This document shows, one piece after another, positions 1 through 10,397 of a stretch of DNA of 64,000 nucleotides. Both the position numbers and the translations under genes were made by a program. Source of the stretch: Polyangia bacterium (GTDB lineage Bacteria; Myxococcota_A; Polyangia; JAAYKL01); NCBI GenBank assembly GCA_050304755.1, contig JBNLED010000113.1:4376-68375 (forward strand), given 5' to 3'. The notes below the pieces were generated by a model that saw only the letters and a program-made list of their open reading frames with translations, was not told the origin of the DNA and made no database searches. The stretch's first letter is position 1. Each line of letters begins with the position of its first letter.

Positions 1-1170
<1,170 letters not shown>

Positions 1171-1243
1171 CCTCTGATGTCCAAGGCCTACCAGGTCGTC
1201 CTCCAGTTCCCCGAACCATTCTAACGGCGATCAGTGGTCGCGG

Positions 1244-1575
1244 GTGGGGGAGACCTACAACGGCACCCCGGTGTACTTCCCCATGGACGGCCTCGGCGTC
1301 ACCCCCGAGAGCGACTACGACGTGGCGCGGATCCCCCCCACTCCTTCGGTCTGCCCGAGGCGCCGGACGTGGACGTCGATGACTGCGTGCTCGGCTACGA
1401 CTGCAACCCCTGCTGGCCCATCGAGTGCGTCACCGGGGATTCGTGGGCGCACGGAGATTGTATGGACGAGAGCGAGGTCGCGGTCTTCCATGCGGAGCGG
1501 CAGAAGTACGGATCGACGTTCAAGCTCTCCCTCGACGGGTTCGGCAACCGACAGAACCGGCGCACGGCCGACTGA
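1244..1575 (+). pseudogene. Decayed fibro-slime-domain gene fragment, split across two frames at a C7 homopolymer (1333-1339)
   Basis: The frame from 1244 gives ...NGTPVYFPMDGLGVTPESDYDVARIPP, which matches the YFPxDG motif. The frame from 1234 continues ...HSFGLPE...VAVFHAERQKYGSTFKLSLDGF, which matches the FHAERQ...SNFHITT C-terminal motif of the intact fibro-slime protein at 26857-27993. The join falls on the run ccccccc, and the fragment is much shorter than an intact domain. Confidence 0.4.
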
Positions 1576-1608
1576 CGGACCACAACGGCAGGATAACCCG
1601 ATTGTGAG

Positions 1609-4600
1609 CTACTGCGGGCAGGCCCCTACGACGATGTCCAGGGCCTCGGGAGGCAGCGGGACTGATGCCTCGAGCACGAAGACGGCTCCGTCTTCCGATA
1701 CGCTGGTGGTCAGACTGTTCGTACCGTGGGCTGTACAGCTTGTGGGATCGCACCAGTTGTCGAGCAGGAGGATTTCAATGTCCATGGCGGGGTCGACATG
1801 ACTCACGGAGATGGTCGCGGTGCCGTTGGCGGAGGGCTCCAAGACCACCACCGCCTCTGGTCCGTCGAACGTCCCGGGACAGGTCGCGTTGTAGGTGTCG
1901 TATTCCCGGTGGCTGAAGAGGTCGATGTCTTCTATCGGGGTGGTGCCGATGACGCATGGGATTTCGTAGGGATCTTCGTAGATTGGGATCCCGCAATCGT
2001 AATCGTTGTAGTAAACCTCCTGGCACTCGTGGATGGTGCAGATGCCGAGGTCGTCGTTGCAGGGTTGGTCATCGTCCGGGATGCAGACACCTTGGTAGCA
2101 GGTGGGCGCGGTGCCGAAGCAGGCGAACCCTTCGTTGCAGGGGGCGCCATCGGGGATCCCTTCATGAACGCCGCACGCCGCCTCGTCCCCGTTCGGCGTG
2201 CAGGGATCCGTGGTACAGGGGTCGCCGTCGTCGCACGGGGGAGACTCACCGGCGACGCAGACACCGTCCATGCACTGGTTCTCTCCATTGCACGGGTCGC
2301 CGTCATCGCAATCCCAGCCATCGACCATGACATCGACAGTACACGAGTCTGTGGTCTCGTTGCATGTCGAGACGGTGCACGGGTTGCCCGTGTCGTCGGT
2401 ACACGGGGAGACGCCGGTGCCGGGATCGACGCAGAGGCTGTTTTGGCACACCCTGGAAATGTCGCCGATGCAGAACTCCGGATCTGTACAGGCCTCTCCG
2501 TCATTGATCGCCGTGTCCACGCACGTGTCGTTCTCCTCGTCGCAGACGGTCTCGGCGCAGTCGAAACAGGTGACCTCCGTACAGGAAGCCGCCGGTGTAT
2601 CCGCACAGGGAGCGCTGGTCGCGGCGCAGCCTCCGGTGTTGTCGCACCGCTCCGGCCCGTTGCAGAACCGGCCGTCGCTGCAGCTCTCCCCCTCGTTGCT
2701 CGGGACGAAGTAGCAGTGGAAATCGACGCCGCACCGGTCCCGAGTGCACGGGTTCCCGTCCTCGCAGTGCGAGGGGCTGCTGCAGCACGCCCCGTCTCCC
2801 TGCGAGCAGCAGATGCCGTTGAGCGTGTTGCAGTTGCCGCCGGCGCAGTCCGTGTCCTCCTCGCAGGTGCCTCGACCGTCTGCGATATCGGCCTCACAGA
2901 GGTCGCCGACGCAATGGAACCCTTCGCCGCACAGCGCATCATCCTCCACGCTGGAGGGGCTGCAGTCATTCTCACAGTGGAACGTTGCGCTGCACGCGAA
3001 GCCGTCACAGTCGTCGACGCCGCTGCAGCACGCTCCGGCGTCACAACAGGTGCCGCTCGACAGGTCGCAGTAACCCGAAAGGCAATCGGTGTTCTCGTCA
3101 CAGGGCGCTCCACCGTTCGGCAGATCCGCGAAGCATGTGCCGCTGTCGCAATGAAAATCGCCGAGCCCTTCGCAGCGCGTATCGTCGTCCCCGGAGTCGC
3201 CGGTGCACGAGATAGCGCATGACCAGGACGCGGTATCGCACAGGTATCCGTCGCAGTCGTCATCGTCGTGACAGCACAAGCCCCCGGAACAGCAGATGCC
3301 GGTCGAGGGGGTGCAGTAGCCGGACTCGCACTCCCGGCCCTCGTCGCAGGGTCCCTGCCCATCGCTGAGCTTGTCCGCGCAGGTCCCGCCGGTGCAGGTG
3401 TCCCCTTCGTTGCACTGCGAATCATCGCTGCAGGTCGTGAAGCACACCTCACTGACCGTCCCCGCCGCGCACGCGTACTCTCCGGTGGGGGCGAACGCAT
3501 CGCAGCGGTCGACCACGGCGCAGCCCCCCTGACCGTCGCACAGCGACTCCCCGGCGCAGAGGTCTCCGTCCAGGGTGTCCGCGGCGCCGCAGGTGCCGAT
3601 GTCGTGATAGACGCACGAGAAGTTGCCGCACGACCGCTGGACGCAGAGCGAGTCGTCGCAGTCCGCCGGGGTGGTGCAGCACTCCCCGGCCGTGCAGCAG
3701 ATACCGCCCTCGCAGTGGTTCGAGTCGCATTCGCCGTTTCCGGCGCACGCCGCTCCGTTCGGCAGCCGGCCCATGGAGACGCACGCCCCGCCCTCACAGA
3801 AATAGCCGTCATTGCAGTCCGTGAGGTTGGCGCAGTCAGGGTTGCACCGCTGCGATACTTCATTGAGACTGCAAGCAAAGCCGCCGTCTGACGCGTAGGC
3901 CCCGCTGCAGGGCGAGACGGACGCACAGTTGCCGAAACCGTCGCAGCGATCGTCCCCGGTGCATCTCTCTCCGAGGTCGTTGTCCACGAAGCCGCAATCG
4001 GTCACGGCGCTATAGTCGCACCGGCTATTTTCGTCGCACCGCCTGGCGTTGCACAGCGTGTCATCGCAGTCCGAGTCCGCTGCGCAGCACTCCCCGGCCG
4101 AGCAACAATAACCGTCGCCGCAGTGGCCCGAGATGCATTCCGCGTCGGCGCTGCAGGCGGCGCCGTTCTCGAGCGTGCCCGGGACGCACTCCTCCGCCTC
4201 GCAGCGGTAGTCGTCGGCGCACTGCGTGGCGTTTCCGCAGGATGTGTAGCACGTTTCCCGGACCTCGTCCTCCGCGCAGACGAACGCCCCGGTCCCGGCG
4301 TAGGGCCCGGCGCATCGGTTGGTGCTGAGGCACTCTCCAAGCCCATTGCACAAGGCCTCTCCCCCGCACCCGTCCGGGTCCTCGGCGCCGCACCAGTAGC
4401 TGCTCGGATTGTACCGGCATTCGTTGTCCGTGCAGGTGTGCTCATTGCAGACGCTGTCGTCGCAATCCGCGGCGGACCGGCAGCACTCTCCCTCGCCGCA
4501 GCAGATCCCGTCGCCGCAGTGACCGGAGGCGCACTCCCCGTTTTCGCTGCACGCCTCTCCGTTCAGCCCCGCTGCCATGCGACAGGTGGAAGAGACACAG

Positions 4601-5343
4601 GTCGCCCCCTCTGCGCAGTTGGTGGCGCCGTTTTGGATGGTACAGTTCGTGTGACAGCCCGCCTCCACCGCGCCCTCTTCGCAGGTGTAGACATCGCTCG
4701 GTGCATAGGGCCCGCAATCCGGAACGGTGACCTCCACGCAGCCGCCGAACCCGTCGCACCGCTGGGCGCCCACGCAGGTGTCGCCCCCCTCCGTGTCCTG
4801 GCTTCCACACCCGAACACCGCCTCGCTGTACATGCACTGCTTGTTGCCGGAGCAGAAATACTGGACGCAGCGGGTGTCATCGCAGTCGTCCGCGTCGCCG
4901 CAGCACTCACCTTCGTCACAGCAGAACCCGTCGCCGCAGTGATTCGAGAAGCACTCGCAGTTATGGTCACAGGGGCTTCCCTGGAGCAGCGTGGGTGTGC
5001 AGACGGTGTCATCGGTGTCTCTATCGGCGGTGTCTGTCGTCTCGGTGTCCAGCGTTTCAGTACCCTGGTCGTCGCCACCGTCCGCGGTGCCGGAGTCCGT
5101 GTCGCTTTTCGGATCGCTCCCCGGGGGAGCCCCGGTGTTCGTCGCTGTATCGCTGATATCGCCCCCGCTGTCGCTGCCCGTATCAACCGTATCATCGGCT
5201 ACGCACTTCTTGTGGCGGCAGATCTCATTATTTTTGCAGTCGGAGTCGATCTTGCATTCAGCACACCCCCAACCGTACAGCGCGACAATACCAGACAGGA
5301 ACAATGGGAGGAGGCCCTTCTCCATCAGGTCGGCATTTTTCAT
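1609..5343 (-). CDS. Giant cysteine-rich secreted lipoprotein-like protein (1244 aa) with about 9 tandem LxNGxxCxxxxxCxSGHCxDGxCCxxGxCCxxxxDCDD modules, DxCNGPERC/CDDGDPCTTDPC-type repeats and a C-terminal PPC-like beta-sandwich; cassette copy 1, small member
   Basis: The ORF is long and uninterrupted. Its N-terminus, MEKGLLPLFLSGIVALYGWGCAEC, resembles a lipoprotein signal, and an alternative start lies at 5325. The cysteine spacing is strongly periodic. It is paralogous to 10398-13667 at both the N- and C-termini (the C-terminus shares ...PAMDIEILLLDNWCDPTSCTAHGTN...). The product is acidic and Asp-rich. Confidence 0.8.
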   Translation of the reverse strand: MKNADLMEKGLLPLFLSGIVALYGWGCAECKIDSDCKNNEICRHKKCVADDTVDTGSDSGGDISDTATNTGAPPGSDPKSDTDSGTADGGDDQGTETLDTETTDTADRDTDDTVCTPTLLQGSPCDHNCECFSNHCGDGFCCDEGECCGDADDCDDTRCVQYFCSGNKQCMYSEAVFGCGSQDTEGGDTCVGAQRCDGFGGCVEVTVPDCGPYAPSDVYTCEEGAVEAGCHTNCTIQNGATNCAEGATCVSSTCRMAAGLNGEACSENGECASGHCGDGICCGEGECCRSAADCDDSVCNEHTCTDNECRYNPSSYWCGAEDPDGCGGEALCNGLGECLSTNRCAGPYAGTGAFVCAEDEVRETCYTSCGNATQCADDYRCEAEECVPGTLENGAACSADAECISGHCGDGYCCSAGECCAADSDCDDTLCNARRCDENSRCDYSAVTDCGFVDNDLGERCTGDDRCDGFGNCASVSPCSGAYASDGGFACSLNEVSQRCNPDCANLTDCNDGYFCEGGACVSMGRLPNGAACAGNGECDSNHCEGGICCTAGECCTTPADCDDSLCVQRSCGNFSCVYHDIGTCGAADTLDGDLCAGESLCDGQGGCAVVDRCDAFAPTGEYACAAGTVSEVCFTTCSDDSQCNEGDTCTGGTCADKLSDGQGPCDEGRECESGYCTPSTGICCSGGLCCHDDDDCDGYLCDTASWSCAISCTGDSGDDDTRCEGLGDFHCDSGTCFADLPNGGAPCDENTDCLSGYCDLSSGTCCDAGACCSGVDDCDGFACSATFHCENDCSPSSVEDDALCGEGFHCVGDLCEADIADGRGTCEEDTDCAGGNCNTLNGICCSQGDGACCSSPSHCEDGNPCTRDRCGVDFHCYFVPSNEGESCSDGRFCNGPERCDNTGGCAATSAPCADTPAASCTEVTCFDCAETVCDEENDTCVDTAINDGEACTDPEFCIGDISRVCQNSLCVDPGTGVSPCTDDTGNPCTVSTCNETTDSCTVDVMVDGWDCDDGDPCNGENQCMDGVCVAGESPPCDDGDPCTTDPCTPNGDEAACGVHEGIPDGAPCNEGFACFGTAPTCYQGVCIPDDDQPCNDDLGICTIHECQEVYYNDYDCGIPIYEDPYEIPCVIGTTPIEDIDLFSHREYDTYNATCPGTFDGPEAVVVLEPSANGTATISVSHVDPAMDIEILLLDNWCDPTSCTAHGTNSLTTSVSEDGAVFVLEASVPLPPEALDIVVGACPQ

Positions 5344-5451
5344 CTCTCGAATCCTTTCAAGGCCATCTCAAAGGACAAAAGTAATGATGACATGGCTCGG
5401 CGGCATATCAATTGAACCCCTGCAGGGCGAGACGCCGAAGCCCCCGGCGTC

Positions 5452-8400
5452 TCATTGATAGGACATTCCTATCGAGAAGTTCCCCTTGTCGTTGTTGTCA
5501 TACCCATCCACCAGCAGGTAGTAGGGCTGACTCAAAGCACTCAAGTCGACCGTGAATTCGGGCATCCCATACCAGCCGCAGCCGTTGTCATTCTGTGCCA
5601 CCATCTGCCCGGCGCAGTTGAACAGGGCCATCTGTCCGTTGAAGGAGCCGGAGCCCCCGTCCCGGCACCCGCTGAACCGCACCCTCGAATCGGTCGAAAC
5701 GTCGATCTGCCACAACTCGTCCTTCCCGCCCCACCCGCCGGAGGTGTCGAAGCGGTTCGACTCGTCGTTGGTGCCGCCGTTGATGTCACTGTCCGGGAGA
5801 AAGCCCGAGCCGTCAGCGTTCACCGTGTAGGCCCCCTCCACCCCATTGCTGTACCAGGCGGTCACGTCGCGGCAGGCGACCGGGCAGGCCCCCTCCCGAA
5901 CGTTGATCCGGTAGTTGCAGTCGTCTCCTGCCGACGGGGTGCAAAGCCGGTTGATCTTCGCGTACTGGGATATCTCGACGAGATAGAGGGTGTTCGGATC
6001 CGCGGTGAACTCCCACTGGACGTTGTCGCCGTGGCTGTCGTGTCGGCAGCCCACGGTGCTGTAGGACTCGTCACAGATTGTGTCGGCGCCGTTCCTGCGT
6101 TTTTTCAACGCCATCACGAGGTCGGCGCCGTCCGCGATGGTCTCATCACTGGAGATACAGTAGGTGGCGCTCCCCTCGAAGGCGTTCCGGTGGATCTTGA
6201 AGTACTCCTGGTTCGGCCACAGCTCCGTGGCGGCGGCATTCTGGTGGCAGCTGCTCCGGCCGGTCCAGCCGCAATCACAACCGTATCCGCCGCAGTCGCC
6301 GCCGCAGGCGTGGAAGCTGTTCACCGTGCTCTCCAGGGTTCCCTGGAAGGTCTCGCCGGTCTCGCCGACGTTGGTGACGTCGTACACCCGGCCGTCGTCG
6401 TTGACCCTGTCGCACGGACCGGCCCACCAGCGCCGTTTCTCGACGGTGACGTAGAAGTTGCCCTGGCTCCCGTCCACGCCGTCGATGAACACGAACACCG
6501 TTTTGGTCGAACCGTCTGTTTCGCCCTTCGGGGAGATGACGGCGCTCGCGATGTAGTTGTAGTCGTCATAGCCGGTATCGTTCGGGGTCGCGGAATCGCA
6601 ATTGAAGGGATCGTGAGGGTAGGACCACATGGCGTCGCAGTCACCCTTGAAGGTCCAGGGATCGTAGCCCGGGCCGCCGGCGCCGGCGCAGATGTCGCAG
6701 CTCGAGCCGTCGTGGTTGTACCCGCGCTTGCACCACTTGTAGCAGTTGTCGTCGGTGCAGGGATCGCAGCACTCCTGTCCGTAGCGCGTGTTCCCGTCAT
6801 CGCGGCACTCGTCCTCTACCACCGGCGGCATGGGATCGTCCTGATAGGGATAGAAGCAGCGCCGGGACTCCACCGCCACGAAGGTCTCGGTGTGGGCGTC
6901 CAAGGTCGGGTTGTTGCCCTCGGGACAGTCGCTCGGAGAGGAGATGTCGGTTTTGATGTACACGCCGATGTCGTAGTCGGCCTCGACCTTCAAGATATAT
7001 GAGTAGAGCTCGAACTCATCGGCCGCGTTGGTCTGGTACTGGAACGCGTAGACGAGATCCCGCCCTTCATAGCCGATCTGATTGCCCGTGAGGTACTCAT
7101 CGCAGTCGCCCCCCTCCGCGTAGTAGTTGTTCTCCGCGCACAAGGTGCTGCCGGTGACCTGCAGGAAATCACCGTCTATTGGGATGGCCCCCAAGTAGGC
7201 CACATGGCCGGTGTCGACGGCGCCCGAGGTAAACAGGTCGGAGCAGAGGTTGTTTCCCGCGGCGTGCCTCGTCGGCGTGCAGGCCCCCGAATCGGTGCAC
7301 TCCCCGTGGAAGCAGTTCGGGGGGAAGTCGGCGACGCTGTAGTCATCGCACGCCGCCCCGGCGCCCAGCGGATCACAAATGCAGCTGCCGTCCGAGCACC
7401 GAACCGTGCCGCAGTCGTTGCAGGCGACCTGGCCCTCGCAGTCGGTATCGGCCACGCAGTCCGGGCAGGGGCTGATGGCCGCGTTGACGCAACCCGTCGT
7501 CGGATTGCAGGTGTCGGTTGTGCAGCGGTTGCCGTCGTCGCAGGCGGCGACCTCCCCCACGCAATCACCGGCGACGCAGGCGTCGTTCAGCGTGCAGGCG
7601 TTGTCGTCATCGCAGCCGAGCGTGTTGTCTACGTGGGTGCACCCGGATGACGGATCGCATGCGTCATCGGTGCACGGATTGTCATCGCTGCAGTCCCGGG
7701 AGATACCCGCACACTCGCCGTCCGCGCAGACATCGTCCGTCGTGCATTTGTCTCCGTCGTCGCAGTCAACGGTGTTGTCCGTGAACACGCAGCCGGCGGC
7801 CGCATCGCAGCTGTCCGTCGTGCAGGGATTTTCGTCATCGCACACAATGCTGGATCCGGTGCAGGCACCGGCGGCGCAGACGTCGTCCTCGGTGCAGGCG
7901 TTCCCGTCATCGCAGAGGCCGGATATGGGGGTGTTGACGCACCCCTCGGCGGCGACGCAGGTGTCGTCGGTGCACGGATTGTCATCGTCACAGTTGACGG
8001 TGTAGCGGTAGGGATCCGGTCCGTTGCCGTCGTCGTAGTCGATGCCCACCTCCTCCGGAGGCCAGTACGTTTCATCCACGACGACCTCGTCGATCTCGAC
8101 GTTCCCGGCGTTGGTCCCGAGGAAGAACTCGGGGCCGAGCCCGCCGCCGTGAAACGTGGCCTCGAAGGATATCAGTTCTACGTTGTCCACATAGACGTGG
8201 ACCATCTCTCCGTCGTAGGACATCACCATCCGGACCCACTCTCCGGGCTCGATGGTGGACGGGACCGACGGTTTCGACCAACCGACGAACTTGTTTCCGT
8301 ACCCCGCCATGATGTTGTTGTCCCGATCGATGCCGAGGTAGAATCGCTTGCCGGCGCCGCTGAAGGCGCCGATGGTCTGGTGCTCTCCCTCGACGCTGTC

Positions 8401-10338
8401 GAACTTGACCCAGAACGCCAGCGTGCTCGTGTCGGCGTTGACGTGGAACCCGGTCCCGGCCTTGCCGACGTTGCTTCCGTTTCCCGGACCGAAGCGGATC
8501 CCCTGGCCGACCTTGCCGGGCACCAGGGACACCTCGTTCTCGGTCGTCGCGGGGTACAGCCCGGCGTGGTCTTTGACGTCTCCGTCGTGGCCGTCCCAGA
8601 AGTCCTCCTCAAAACGCCAGTGAACGATGATGCCGCCACACTCGCCCCCGGAGCATCGGTCGTTCACCGTGCAGAGGTTGAAGTCATCACAGGCCATGGT
8701 GTTCTCGCTGTGCTCGCATCCGAGCTCCGGCGAGCAGAAATCATCGGTGCAGTAGTTACCGTCGTCGCAGTCCGCGACGGTCCCCTGACAGAGGCCGCCG
8801 CTGCACGCGTCCCCCTCGGTGCAGGTGTTCTCGTCATCGCAAGGCGCGGTGATGTTCGAAAAGCGGCAACCCGAGGCAGGGACACAGGTGTCCTCCGTGC
8901 AGTCGTTGTCGTCGTCGCACACCACGTCGGCCGTGCCCGCGCAGACCCCAGCGGTGCAGACGTCGCCCTCCGTGCACTCGTTGCCGTCGTCGCAGGGATC
9001 CGTATTGTCGACGTTGACGCAGCCCAGCACGACGTCGCAGGTATCGTCCGTACAAGGGTTTCCGTCGTCGCAGTCCGGCGCCTCACCGCCGAAGCAGGTC
9101 CCGTCCGAGCAGGTGTCCCCCTCGGTGCAGGCGTTAAAATCATCACAATGAGCGGTGTTGTAAGCGTAGACGCAGCCGGCCGAGCTGTCGCAGCTGTCAT
9201 CCGTACAGTGGTTGCCGTCCGAGCAGTTTCTGGCGGCGCCGCCGCAGACGCCCTCGCCGCAGACGTCGTTGACGGTGCACGCGTCCCCGTCGTTGCACGG
9301 ATCGGTGTTGAAGGTGTAGACGCAGCCGGCGTCGTCGTCGCAGCTGTCGTCCGTGCACGGATTCGCGTCATCGCACTCGGCCACCGACCCGCGGCATTCG
9401 CCGCCGGTGCAGACGTCGTTCTCCGTGCACTCGTTCCCGTCATCGCAGGGGCCGGTGATCGCAGCGTTTCGGCACCCGTCTATCGGATCACACGAGTCCG
9501 CGGTGCAGGGATTGTCGTCGTCGCAGATGGTATCGCTCAGCTCGTGCCGACACTCGCCGGACGCGGTATCGCACTCCTCGACGGTGCAGGCGTCCCCGTC
9601 GTCCGGACAGTCATCGTCTTCGGTGCAGAAGCTGATGAGGCAATCCGCATTGGTCGAGCAGAAGCCGATCTCTCCGAAATCCTCTCCCCTGAGCTGGGGG
9701 TGTACGGGGTAGTTTCCGTCGCAGCACACATAGTCATTGGAAGTGCACACCTCCTCCGGGGAGTGATCGGGATCGCTGCTCTCGCAGCCGCCGAAACAGG
9801 AGCACGTCCGGTATCCGTTGCACCATTTCGGACCGCAGAGCCCGTTGGGGGTGCACAGGCCGTCCGCGCAGTCGTCGTCGGAATCGCACTTGCAAACCCC
9901 GAGGAGCAGGTTGCATTGGCCAAAGGGACAATCGTCGTCCTCGTCGCAAGTGACGCCGTCGTCTTCTGCGTCCTGCATCCAACACTCGGTAATCTGGCCC
10001 GCTTCGCTGCAGCACTCCGTGGCGAGGAGCGCCGGCTCGCGGAATGGGCTCAGTTGAGCGTCGATGTCGTCAAACAGATGATCAACGCTACCGCGCCCTT
10101 CGAGGTATCCTTCCGGTAAGGACGGCGCCGCGTCTTTCTCCCCCTCTCCACCTGCTGGAGGGGGGGCCGGGGGGTGAGGTTCTTCCTGCGGCTCGACCGA
10201 CATCACTTCGTCGGAGCATCCGACAAATACCGAGGTGGTTCCAATAAGCAATAGGCTGCACACCCTTGCGTAGCGTCGGACCCACCCGGGCCGTGAGCGG
10301 GGGGGACCGAGGGTTGCGGTTATGTCTGGAATCACCAT
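5452..10338 (-). CDS. Giant cysteine-rich lipoprotein (about 1628 aa) with CDDGNxCTxDxC-type repeat arrays flanking a LamG/ConA-like domain, followed by an approximately 650-aa C-terminal module with three PPC-like domains; cassette copy 1, large member
   Basis: The start was chosen at ATG 10338 (MVIPDITATLGPPRSRPGWVRRYARVCSLLLIGTTSVFVGCSD, a lipobox). The upstream ORF extension overlaps the 3' end of the neighbouring gene. The LamG-like segment is WVKFDSVEGEHQTIGAFSGAGKRFYLGIDRDN...VYVDNVELISFEATFHGG. The C-terminal PPC-like ending is ...QPYYLLVDGYDNNDKGNFSIGMSYQ. It is paralogous to 13700-19153. Confidence 0.8.
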   Translation of the reverse strand: MVIPDITATLGPPRSRPGWVRRYARVCSLLLIGTTSVFVGCSDEVMSVEPQEEPHPPAPPPAGGEGEKDAAPSLPEGYLEGRGSVDHLFDDIDAQLSPFREPALLATECCSEAGQITECWMQDAEDDGVTCDEDDDCPFGQCNLLLGVCKCDSDDDCADGLCTPNGLCGPKWCNGYRTCSCFGGCESSDPDHSPEEVCTSNDYVCCDGNYPVHPQLRGEDFGEIGFCSTNADCLISFCTEDDDCPDDGDACTVEECDTASGECRHELSDTICDDDNPCTADSCDPIDGCRNAAITGPCDDGNECTENDVCTGGECRGSVAECDDANPCTDDSCDDDAGCVYTFNTDPCNDGDACTVNDVCGEGVCGGAARNCSDGNHCTDDSCDSSAGCVYAYNTAHCDDFNACTEGDTCSDGTCFGGEAPDCDDGNPCTDDTCDVVLGCVNVDNTDPCDDGNECTEGDVCTAGVCAGTADVVCDDDNDCTEDTCVPASGCRFSNITAPCDDENTCTEGDACSGGLCQGTVADCDDGNYCTDDFCSPELGCEHSENTMACDDFNLCTVNDRCSGGECGGIIVHWRFEEDFWDGHDGDVKDHAGLYPATTENEVSLVPGKVGQGIRFGPGNGSNVGKAGTGFHVNADTSTLAFWVKFDSVEGEHQTIGAFSGAGKRFYLGIDRDNNIMAGYGNKFVGWSKPSVPSTIEPGEWVRMVMSYDGEMVHVYVDNVELISFEATFHGGGLGPEFFLGTNAGNVEIDEVVVDETYWPPEEVGIDYDDGNGPDPYRYTVNCDDDNPCTDDTCVAAEGCVNTPISGLCDDGNACTEDDVCAAGACTGSSIVCDDENPCTTDSCDAAAGCVFTDNTVDCDDGDKCTTDDVCADGECAGISRDCSDDNPCTDDACDPSSGCTHVDNTLGCDDDNACTLNDACVAGDCVGEVAACDDGNRCTTDTCNPTTGCVNAAISPCPDCVADTDCEGQVACNDCGTVRCSDGSCICDPLGAGAACDDYSVADFPPNCFHGECTDSGACTPTRHAAGNNLCSDLFTSGAVDTGHVAYLGAIPIDGDFLQVTGSTLCAENNYYAEGGDCDEYLTGNQIGYEGRDLVYAFQYQTNAADEFELYSYILKVEADYDIGVYIKTDISSPSDCPEGNNPTLDAHTETFVAVESRRCFYPYQDDPMPPVVEDECRDDGNTRYGQECCDPCTDDNCYKWCKRGYNHDGSSCDICAGAGGPGYDPWTFKGDCDAMWSYPHDPFNCDSATPNDTGYDDYNYIASAVISPKGETDGSTKTVFVFIDGVDGSQGNFYVTVEKRRWWAGPCDRVNDDGRVYDVTNVGETGETFQGTLESTVNSFHACGGDCGGYGCDCGWTGRSSCHQNAAATELWPNQEYFKIHRNAFEGSATYCISSDETIADGADLVMALKKRRNGADTICDESYSTVGCRHDSHGDNVQWEFTADPNTLYLVEISQYAKINRLCTPSAGDDCNYRINVREGACPVACRDVTAWYSNGVEGAYTVNADGSGFLPDSDINGGTNDESNRFDTSGGWGGKDELWQIDVSTDSRVRFSGCRDGGSGSFNGQMALFNCAGQMVAQNDNGCGWYGMPEFTVDLSALSQPYYLLVDGYDNNDKGNFSIGMSYQ

Positions 10339-10397
10339 ATTCTCCTCCATCACTATCTTTCTTCCAAAAGTCATCCACGCGAAACAGCGCTCAGGGG

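Noticed and set aside
1726-5415. Long plus-strand ORFs (1726-3222, 3268-3891, 4123-5415) opposite the 1244-aa gene
   Set aside because: They lie antisense to a strongly periodic Cys-rich coding frame. Their Ala/Gly/Val/Arg-rich composition is typical of shadow ORFs in DNA of more than 65% GC, and they have no ribosome-binding site or domain signatures.
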